From assembly GCA_964458155.1 (NCBI GenBank), contig CAYWGP010000118.1:9810-73809 (forward strand): 64,000 bases of DNA, read 5' to 3'. The notes beneath the pieces are model-generated. The model saw only the letters and a program-made list of their open reading frames with translations, was not told the origin of the DNA and did not search any database. Of the stretch, positions 56,793 through 64,000 are shown one piece after another. The stretch is from an uncultured Bacteroides sp. (GTDB taxonomy: Bacteria; Bacteroidota; Bacteroidia; Bacteroidales; GCA-2748055). The translations under genes and the position numbers were made by a program. Each line of letters starts with the position of its first letter. Position 1 is the first letter of the stretch.

Positions 56793-58787
56793 GTGACTCT
56801 TTTAAAGCCATTAGGATCTCACTGGACCTGTTACCTGCTTATTTTCCTTGCGGCCACTGCCGCAAGCAATTCCAAGGCACAGGAACTTGCTCTCTTTCCC
56901 TTTCAGGAAAGTGTGCTGGCCATGGATATGGCTATACATCCCGACATGGCCAAGTCATTAAATTCCAATCCTTTACTTGATGCTTACGATGTAAAGTATT
57001 ATGGGCTGGATGTGGAAGCGGACAATAGCTCCGACAGGATTCAGGGTAGTACCACAATTCTGGTGGAGGTGATTAGCCCTGCCTTTGATCAGCTGGTATT
57101 TGAGCTCTATCACAGTCTGGATGTTGACAGTGTTCTTGTGGATGGAGGAGAGGAGAGTTTCAGCCATGAGGGGGATGAGCTTTACATAGACCTGGAAACC
57201 CCAAGGGTTCCGGGCACACTGCTTACAGCGCAGATTTTCTATGGTGGGCAGACAGGTGAGGGGATGGTAAACGAACTGGATGAGGAATGGGGAATCCCTG
57301 TCACCTTTACCAGTTCGGAACCCTTTTACTCCAAGGACTGGTTCCCCTGTAAGGAGAATCTGACCGACAAGGCCGACTCGGTCCATGTGTTTATTACTAC
57401 TGACTATGGGCTGACAGGAGTCTCCAACGGATTGCATTCCGGAACCACCTATTTTCTCGATGGGAAGGTCCGTTATGAATGGAAGTCCAACTATCCCATT
57501 GATTTTTACCTGATCTCCATTGCGGTGGCCGACTATATTGAATACAATATCGAGGCCCAGGTGGATGGGTATAACCAGCCTGTTTTCATTCAGAATTTTA
57601 TTTACGATGTTCCGGGTTGCCTGGATACCTACAGGGATCAGATCAATGTGACCATCCCAATCATGCAGGTCTTCAGTGAGTTCTTTGACCCCTACCCTTT
57701 CAGGGAGGAGAAGTACGGACACTACCTCTGGCCCAGGGGAGGAGGAATGGAGCATCAAACCATGACAGGCATGGGTAATTTCGAGTTCTACCTGGTGGCC
57801 CATGAGCTGGGGCATTCCTGGTTTGGAAACTATGTTACCTGTGCAAGCTGGCAGGACATCTGGATCAATGAAGGGTTTGCAACCTATGCAGGCTACCTGG
57901 CTACAGAGGTCCTGGCGCCGGAGTATGCCGGTGGTGAGCGGGAATATCGGTTCAACAGAGCCCTGCTGGAACCCGATGGCAGTGTTTATGTTCCTGAAGA
58001 AGATGTGGATGATGCCTCCCGTATTTTCAGTGGCAATCTCTCTTATAACAAGGGAATGGCGCTGCTCTATATGCTCCGTTTTGAACTGCAGGATGATGAT
58101 CTGTTCTATCTTACTCTGAGAAATTTCATTGATCGATATGCCAATGGTGTGGCCACGGGGCTGGACTTTAAAGAGGTGCTGGAAGAGACTTCTGTAAGGG
58201 ATTTTACGGATTTCTTCGACCAGTGGTATTTTGGGGCTGGCTATCCCATCTATAATATCGACTGGGAGCAGAATGGTGCTATTCTTACCCTTAGCACCAG
58301 CCAGTCCACTTCTTCAACCCGGACCCCCCTGTTTAAAATGTCCATGGAGTATAAAATTATTCATGCAGGGGGGGATACTACCGTGAGGGTATTTCAGGGA
58401 GCCAATGAAGAGAGCTATGATTTCCAGATCCCCTATACGGTTAATGAAATCATTATTGACCCCAATAATCATGTCCTGGATGGAGTGATGCAGGAAATAA
58501 AGGCTGTGGATGCCGGGATGGATTCACCCCTGTTTTCCCTGGCTCCCAATCCCTCTCAGGGCTCTTTTCATTTTAGCCTGAATGAGCAGGACGGTAATGA
58601 ATCAGCTGAGCAGGTGATGTTGCAGGTAATGGACCTTAGCGGGAGAATTGTTGTCAGTCGTCACTACGAGCCAGGTCTTCCGTTTATGGAGAATAGCGTA
58701 GAACTGGAGAAGCCGGTCCGGGGCATGTATCTTGTCCGGTTTTCCTACAGGGACAGGTTTGAGGTACATAAATTACTGGTGGAATGA
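56793..58787 (+). CDS. M1 family aminopeptidase with T9SS C-terminal sorting domain
   Basis: 'GGMEHQTM' (GxMEN-like), 'HELGHSWFGN' plus 'WINEGFATY' zinc motif. C-terminal ~80 aa, 'LAPNPSQGSF...GMYLVRFSY...HKLLVE', looks like a type A T9SS CTD. Confidence 0.85.
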   Translation: MTLLKPLGSHWTCYLLIFLAATAASNSKAQELALFPFQESVLAMDMAIHPDMAKSLNSNPLLDAYDVKYYGLDVEADNSSDRIQGSTTILVEVISPAFDQLVFELYHSLDVDSVLVDGGEESFSHEGDELYIDLETPRVPGTLLTAQIFYGGQTGEGMVNELDEEWGIPVTFTSSEPFYSKDWFPCKENLTDKADSVHVFITTDYGLTGVSNGLHSGTTYFLDGKVRYEWKSNYPIDFYLISIAVADYIEYNIEAQVDGYNQPVFIQNFIYDVPGCLDTYRDQINVTIPIMQVFSEFFDPYPFREEKYGHYLWPRGGGMEHQTMTGMGNFEFYLVAHELGHSWFGNYVTCASWQDIWINEGFATYAGYLATEVLAPEYAGGEREYRFNRALLEPDGSVYVPEEDVDDASRIFSGNLSYNKGMALLYMLRFELQDDDLFYLTLRNFIDRYANGVATGLDFKEVLEETSVRDFTDFFDQWYFGAGYPIYNIDWEQNGAILTLSTSQSTSSTRTPLFKMSMEYKIIHAGGDTTVRVFQGANEESYDFQIPYTVNEIIIDPNNHVLDGVMQEIKAVDAGMDSPLFSLAPNPSQGSFHFSLNEQDGNESAEQVMLQVMDLSGRIVVSRHYEPGLPFMENSVELEKPVRGMYLVRFSYRDRFEVHKLLVE

Positions 58788-59440
58788 GAAGGATACTGCC
58801 CTGCATAGCAATTATTATGATGGCAGGCTCTGCAGCCCTGTCCGGCCAGTTTCCGGCCAGTTTCGGGCTAAAGGCAGGTATCTCGGTGGCCAACCAGACC
58901 TACAAGATCACGCCCCTCGATTATACCATTGATACAGAACCGGTATTCGGGCCGGCTTTCTCACTGTTTGCAGAGGCTTTTAAGGCAAATCATTTCTCTT
59001 TCCAGCTGGATCTGAGCTATGCCCTCAAGGGGAGCAGTACAAGCACGGAATCGCTTACTGTCAATCACCTGGATAACGACATGATAGTTGTGACAGAAGG
59101 GGAGACTGCAACATCGACCTTTAACTATCTCTCCCTTACGCCCATGGCCAGGTACAGGCTTGGAAAGTCTTCACTGATTCCCTATTTTTTGCTGGGGCCA
59201 AGAATGGATATCCTTCTGAAATACAATTCTGATTCCGAGTATCCACTGGACAATCAGAACAACATAATCCTGGGGCTGACATTCGGAGCGGGACTGGAGT
59301 ACAGGCTGAATGCATTGGGATTGTTTGCCGAACTCCAGTATCAGGGCGATTTTTTCCCGGTGACCGGACAGGATCCCCTGCTGGTTAATAACCACATGAT
59401 ATCACTTACTCTGGGAATCAGGTGGCTTGCTTCCGACTGA
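58784..59440 (+). CDS. outer-membrane beta-barrel (porin-family, OMP_b-brl_2-like) protein
   Basis: Signal peptide and alternating beta-strand pattern, 'GLKAGISVANQ', 'FGAGLEY'. 4-nt overlap with the M1 peptidase gene. Confidence 0.65.
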   Translation: MRRILPCIAIIMMAGSAALSGQFPASFGLKAGISVANQTYKITPLDYTIDTEPVFGPAFSLFAEAFKANHFSFQLDLSYALKGSSTSTESLTVNHLDNDMIVVTEGETATSTFNYLSLTPMARYRLGKSSLIPYFLLGPRMDILLKYNSDSEYPLDNQNNIILGLTFGAGLEYRLNALGLFAELQYQGDFFPVTGQDPLLVNNHMISLTLGIRWLASD

Positions 59441-62400
59441 GCTTTCTCAGCCTCCTTGTCTCAGAGATATTAATCACTTTTCGCAGCAGATCCAAACGAA
59501 GGGTAATGTAGAGAAGAAAGGTTAAGATCCATACCACGGCCATATTGTACAACAGGGTGCCAATTTTAATATTAGCAATTTGCTTATTGGGTGCATAGAG
59601 GTGAGCCCGGCCAAACCTGGAAGTGGGTTTCATTAAGCCAGGATAATACTTTCTTATCAAACGGCCATTCTTTTCAACCACTTGTTGGCCCACATTCTGT
59701 TTCAGAACCAGATCTTCGAGACTCTCATTGTGATACTTGTTTCTGAAGGCAGTGTAAGCCTGCACTCCAAGCTCATCGAGTAAAGCTTTGTTAATGTCTT
59801 CTTTTACTTCCTGGGATCTTCCCACTATTCTACTGTAATACTTCTTTACACCCTTCAGGTAGTCTTTAATGGCGATGGAAGCTGAATCAATATTGGATAC
59901 CGCATTTCCCTGGCCAGGTTCATAGGGCGCCAGCTCGGGGGCCAGTTTTCCCATAGCTGCCAGCTGTTCATTTAAATTTTGCAGATCTGACTGAAGGGTT
60001 TCAGCATCAGCACCATCTTTGTATTTAAGTTCCAGTTCATCCAGATTGGTCAGAAGCTCCGTAACAAGAAAGCTGCTCAGGTAATTAGCCTCGCTGATCT
60101 TTTGCTCGATATCAAAAAATACTTTCTCGAACTTGTTATTCTTATACTGAACCACAGCCAGTGCTTCGTAGGACCACATGGAAGTCATCAGGTTGCCAAG
60201 CAGCGGAACATACTCCTCATGGGTAATTCTGTGGTGCAATTTATCATACTTCACCAGTACCCCGCAGAAGAGGATCTGGGGGATCAGGAGGAAGGGGACC
60301 AGAATATAGATGGTAATCACCGAGTTTAGTCCGGCCGATATATTCAAACCCAGGAGGTTTGCAAAACAGGAGGTGGTAAAAAGTACCAGCCAGTAAGGGA
60401 GCAGCATCCCTTTGATCTCAAAGATCAGATTCCCTATCAGCACGTAGGAGAGCGACTGGAAGGCCGAGATGGCGAACATGATCAGGATCTTGGAATGGAG
60501 ATAGCTCCCCCTGCTCAAATTCAGGAAAGATTCCCGTTGAATAATCTTCCGGTCCTTTATAATCTCCTCCGAACTGATGGTAAGACCAAGGAAGAGGAAA
60601 ACTATCACGCTCATCAGCAGATAGGCTGGCAGGTTCTCATTGTACCGGAATACATAGGCAACCGGATTTTCCTTGGTGCCGCTGAAATACTTGGTAAATA
60701 ACCCCATAATTACCGCCAGGATGGGAGCCTCCAGCAGGGTGATCAGGATATATTGTTTATTTGTAAGCTTGGTAAGCAGATCCCTGGTAAAAAAGATCCT
60801 GGTCTGTTTAAGGAGACCGGGAATGCTGTACTGGTTTTCGGGAAGTTTCTCTTTCACGGGAGGAGGTGGACTTGTAACCTTCCTGGTGCTCTCATAAAGA
60901 GTGGCCCACTCCTTGGCGCTCACTTTCCTGGTCTGGGAGAGTTTCCCGTGCTCATTCACAATCTTTGCTTCGATAATCTGCAGCACCTGGTCAGGATCCA
61001 CATTACCGCAACGGCTGCACTGATCTTCGTTGGCATTGGCGTGGTTGCTCTTTGTTTTAAAATAGACCACAGCCTCGGCAGGGTTGCCGCAGTAAATCTG
61101 GTATCCCCCCTTATCCAAAAAGATAATCCGGTCGAACATTTTGTAAAGGGTGGACGATGGCTGGTGGATGTTCACAATCACCAGCTTCCCTTTAAAAACC
61201 TGCTCCCTCAGGAGGTTCATAACCATTTCGGAGTCAACCGATGAGAGTCCCGAAGTGGGCTCATCCACAAACAGAACGGAGGGTTCCCTGATCAGTTCCA
61301 GCCCGATATTAACCCTTTTACGCTGACCTCCGCTGATCACCTTGTTAAGGGGTTTTCCTACCTTGAAATTTCTTATTTCAAAAAGATCCAGATCGTTCAG
61401 TACCTGGTCGACTACCTCATCGAGCTGCTCTTCTTCAAGGTTATCCAGGCAAAGCTTTGCGTTGTAATACAAATTTTCCCTGACAGTCAGGTCCTCCAGC
61501 AAAAGATCGTCCTGGGGAATAAAACCAATGACACCTTTTAATTCCATTCTCTCCTTCTCATCATAGAGATTGTAACCGTTGATCAGGATCTCCCCCCCCT
61601 TGGGCTTCAGGTTTCCGTTTAAGACATTCAGCAGGGTTGATTTGCCCACACCACTTCCTCCCATGATGCCAATGAGTCGCCCCGATTCTTCATGGAGGTT
61701 GAAGTTATGCAATCCATTGGTGCTGTTCTTGAAACGAAACTCCACATCTCTGGCTACAAAAGAGATTCGTGAACTGAAAGAGGCAACAGAGAAAACTCCT
61801 GCCACGTCAGTATAGTATATTGTGTTGATCTTCTGTCCCCTGACGGCAGAACCATGATCAAAGGTATAGGTGATCCCTGCAAGTATCAGTTGCCCGTTCA
61901 GGAACAGATCTTCTTTTCCCTGGTAACGAAGCACATAGGTATTAACGCTGCTAATATTCAGAAAGAAGATATTGCCCTCAAGGTGATGATTATGGATGTG
62001 ATGTACGCCTTCCACACCTGCTTCATGACCACTGTTGATAAGCAGGACAGATTCCTTTACAGGGATTTCTTTCAGAGGGTAGATCACAAAGCTCAGAATT
62101 TCCAGGTACTCCTCTTCGTCGATATTAAATGCCGTGGCCACCGTCTGAAGGAATTCCAGTTCTGTCTCCCGGATTTCGATCCCGTAAGCGATATATTCCA
62201 CCAGCTGTATGATCACATAGATCTTTTGCCGCTGCTCCAGTTCTTCATTGATCTGTTCGCAAATGGAAAGGATTCGTACAGCAGTCAGCGAGGTGCGCTT
62301 TCTGCGCTTTACGCTCTGCTTATCAATGGCGTCATGGTGATAATGTTGGAGATAGTTCTCGAAGATCGACATATACTTCTCTGTCAGCTCAATGTTCAAC

Positions 62401-62519
62401 TGCCTCGAAAGAAAGGCACGGATAATATCCCTTTCCTTCTCCGAAATCTCCTGAATCTCATCAATATCCACAATTAATGCAAAAAGCTGCATCATTGCTT
62501 TTAAAATGGCCTCACTCAT
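59418..62519 (-). CDS. 1033-aa ABCG-like ATPase-permease fusion with a ~270-aa N-terminal regulatory extension and a C-terminal coiled-coil insert
   Basis: Walker A 'GGSGVGKST', signature 'ISGGQRKRVNIG', Walker B 'LFVDEPTSGLS', 'NIHQPS' (ABCG-type H-loop region), and an ABC-2 membrane domain. The N-terminus has two helical TerB-like repeats plus a beta-rich segment. A ~230-aa coiled-coil region and a final TM helix follow. Confidence 0.8.
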   Translation of the reverse strand: MSEAILKAMMQLFALIVDIDEIQEISEKERDIIRAFLSRQLNIELTEKYMSIFENYLQHYHHDAIDKQSVKRRKRTSLTAVRILSICEQINEELEQRQKIYVIIQLVEYIAYGIEIRETELEFLQTVATAFNIDEEEYLEILSFVIYPLKEIPVKESVLLINSGHEAGVEGVHHIHNHHLEGNIFFLNISSVNTYVLRYQGKEDLFLNGQLILAGITYTFDHGSAVRGQKINTIYYTDVAGVFSVASFSSRISFVARDVEFRFKNSTNGLHNFNLHEESGRLIGIMGGSGVGKSTLLNVLNGNLKPKGGEILINGYNLYDEKERMELKGVIGFIPQDDLLLEDLTVRENLYYNAKLCLDNLEEEQLDEVVDQVLNDLDLFEIRNFKVGKPLNKVISGGQRKRVNIGLELIREPSVLFVDEPTSGLSSVDSEMVMNLLREQVFKGKLVIVNIHQPSSTLYKMFDRIIFLDKGGYQIYCGNPAEAVVYFKTKSNHANANEDQCSRCGNVDPDQVLQIIEAKIVNEHGKLSQTRKVSAKEWATLYESTRKVTSPPPPVKEKLPENQYSIPGLLKQTRIFFTRDLLTKLTNKQYILITLLEAPILAVIMGLFTKYFSGTKENPVAYVFRYNENLPAYLLMSVIVFLFLGLTISSEEIIKDRKIIQRESFLNLSRGSYLHSKILIMFAISAFQSLSYVLIGNLIFEIKGMLLPYWLVLFTTSCFANLLGLNISAGLNSVITIYILVPFLLIPQILFCGVLVKYDKLHHRITHEEYVPLLGNLMTSMWSYEALAVVQYKNNKFEKVFFDIEQKISEANYLSSFLVTELLTNLDELELKYKDGADAETLQSDLQNLNEQLAAMGKLAPELAPYEPGQGNAVSNIDSASIAIKDYLKGVKKYYSRIVGRSQEVKEDINKALLDELGVQAYTAFRNKYHNESLEDLVLKQNVGQQVVEKNGRLIRKYYPGLMKPTSRFGRAHLYAPNKQIANIKIGTLLYNMAVVWILTFLLYITLRLDLLRKVINISETRRLRKLSRKQAT

Positions 62520-62602
62520 ATGATGTTATGTCTATACGAATATATTCAATTTAAAGCGCTTACTCTCACATTGTGCTTTTTTTTTCTTATTTTGACTACC
62601 TG

Positions 62603-63115
62603 ATGGAGAATAAGAATGCCATTATCAACTTTGAGGGTTCCATCTCATTTGAGACCATGGAAAAGCTGCTGAACCAGTTAAAATCGGCCAGTCAGTTTAA
62701 TGCTCTCAGGAAAACTGTCAGAAAACGTGTTTATGGGACTGTTGTTGAGTCGATCGATAATATTTTTAAGTATGCCACTCCATTTCAAAACAAGGGCAAT
62801 CTGCAGAACAAGCCTCCGCAAATCATTGTTAAAGAGGTGAATGGGAGATTTGTTGTCAGCGCGGGAAATCTAATCCGGAGTGCTCAGGTAGAGGACCTGA
62901 AGTACAAGCTGGACATGATTAATATAATGGACGATGACGCATTGAAATCACTTTACGAGGAAGTTATCAATAAAGATGCAAAAGAGGAGGACCGGGGCGC
63001 GGGCCTTGGACTTATTACCATGGCCATGCGTACAGATGAAAATATACGTTATCAATTCGACCCAGCTGGTCCGGGGTACTCATATTTTACTATGCATATC
63101 ACTATAAAAGAATAA
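62603..63115 (+). CDS. SiaB-like protein kinase (GHKL/anti-sigma-kinase fold)
   Basis: 'IINFEGSISFETMEKLL' and the G-box-like 'DRGAGLGLITMA'. It lies immediately upstream of a DUF1987 gene, as in siaB-siaC. Confidence 0.6.
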   Translation: MENKNAIINFEGSISFETMEKLLNQLKSASQFNALRKTVRKRVYGTVVESIDNIFKYATPFQNKGNLQNKPPQIIVKEVNGRFVVSAGNLIRSAQVEDLKYKLDMINIMDDDALKSLYEEVINKDAKEEDRGAGLGLITMAMRTDENIRYQFDPAGPGYSYFTMHITIKE

Positions 63116-63118
63116 CCA

Positions 63119-63523
63119 ATGGAAAAGTTAATTATCGAAGCAACGGCAAACTCACCACGAATCGTTCTCGATCCGGAATCCAGAAATTTTGAATTCTCAG
63201 GTGAATCACGTCCGGAAAATGTTCGTAAGTTTTATCTGCCAGTACTGGAATGGCTGGAAGCTTATACAGATGAACAGGGAAAACTTCAGGATGATGAAAG
63301 GACCTTCGGTGTAATTTGTCAGTTTAATTTTGAGTACTTTAACTCAACCTCGGCCAAGTATATTCTGGATATTTTCAAATCACTGAATGCTATCAATGCT
63401 ATGGGTATAGGCCTTGAAATCAAGTGGCTCTATGAAGAAGATGATGAAGATATGCTTGAAGTAGGCCAGGAGATGTCGAGAATGTCAAAACTCTCGTTTG
63501 AATATATAAAAAGCGATGGCTGA
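63119..63523 (+). CDS. DUF1987 (SiaC-like) regulatory phosphoprotein
   Basis: 'TANSPRIVLDPESRNFEFSGESRPENVRKFYLPVLEWL' and 'FEYFNSTSAKYI' match the DUF1987 pattern, including the Ser/Thr cluster. Confidence 0.7.
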   Translation: MEKLIIEATANSPRIVLDPESRNFEFSGESRPENVRKFYLPVLEWLEAYTDEQGKLQDDERTFGVICQFNFEYFNSTSAKYILDIFKSLNAINAMGIGLEIKWLYEEDDEDMLEVGQEMSRMSKLSFEYIKSDG

Positions 63524-63534
63524 GCAAGGCATTG

Positions 63535-64000
63535 TTAAATTTTAATACCCATAACCAGGACATCATCAATCTGTTCAGCCTTCCCCTGCCAAAGGGATAA
63601 TTTCTCCATCAGGATAGCTTTCTGTTTCTCCATTGGTTGATCCTGAATCTCCAGTAACAGTTTCCTGAATTTTATGGCCCGGAAGGTTTTTCTTAGCGGA
63701 CCACCAAGTTGGTCCACGTATCCGTCTGAAAAGAGATAGATGCTATCACCCTTCTTCAGCTTGATGGTTTGCTTGTTAAATGGGACAGGGTCCTGTTCGT
63801 AGATGCCAATAGGCATTCTGTCGGGACGATAATGCTGAACTTCCCCATCCCTTACCAGGTACAGAGGACGGTTTGCACCGGCGTATTCCATGGAAAGCTT
63901 TTTCAGGTCGATGATACAGAGAGCAATCTCAATTCCATCCTGGGCCTCATCCCTGGATCCGGTCTGGTGCATGGAAGCAATTACCACTTCTCTCAATTGC
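63535..64000 (-). CDS. PP2C/SpoIIE-type serine/threonine phosphatase, C-terminal part (5' end outside window)
   Basis: 'QDGIEIALCIID', 'GANRPLYLVR', 'LFSDGYVDQLGG', 'DDVLVMGIKI'. The frame stays open to the window edge. Confidence 0.8.
   Translation of the reverse strand, partial: QLREVVIASMHQTGSRDEAQDGIEIALCIIDLKKLSMEYAGANRPLYLVRDGEVQHYRPDRMPIGIYEQDPVPFNKQTIKLKKGDSIYLFSDGYVDQLGGPLRKTFRAIKFRKLLLEIQDQPMEKQKAILMEKLSLWQGKAEQIDDVLVMGIKI

Noticed and set aside
1-64000. tRNA, rRNA, CRISPR arrays, IS elements/transposases, prophage or conjugative genes
   Set aside because: I scanned all intergenic gaps longer than 50 nt. No cloverleaf-like sequence, no regularly spaced repeats with spacers, and no transposase- or integrase-like translation appears in the six-frame track.

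Overview
This 64-kb chromosomal segment looks like a Bacteroidota genome. The taxon call is inference from a fused lpxC/fabZ, the T9SS translocon gene sprA, a cargo protein with a T9SS C-terminal sorting domain, TTTG/TAnnTTTG-type promoter boxes and many lipoprotein-type signal peptides. I recognise about 55 CDS and no rRNA, tRNA, CRISPR array, IS element or phage genes. All product calls come from reading the supplied translations for motifs; no database search or computation was run.

Layout:
- 1-7.3 kb: a co-oriented array of small, unrelated accessory genes (SRPBCC, esterase, SDR, M23 peptidase, sulfatase plus secreted RidA). Each unit is followed by a copy of the same ~50-nt intergenic repeat.
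- 7.3-19.7 kb: secreted hydrolases and accessory enzymes (arylsulfatase, GH97, TAT-exported phosphoesterase, PQQ-like propeller, CocE/NonD hydrolase, BNR_4-like protein, AraC regulator).
- 19.8-51.5 kb: housekeeping core (queG, sufBCDSE plus a DUF59 gene, thiL, HD-lpxD-lpxC/fabZ-lpxA, rimP-nusA-infB, ruvA, sprA, gcvH, pdxA, pepA).
- 51.5-64 kb: signalling and export genes (orphan 7TMR-DISM histidine kinase, superoxide reductase, ABC-2 exporter next to a T9SS-sorted M1 aminopeptidase, a 1033-aa ABCG-like ATPase-permease with an unusual N-terminal extension, and a SiaB/SiaC(DUF1987)/PP2C partner-switch module with no visible output domain).

The two best candidates for something undescribed are the repeat-punctuated, cassette-like gene array at 0.7-7.3 kb and the SiaB/SiaC/PP2C module placed divergently to the giant ABC protein at 59.4-64 kb.
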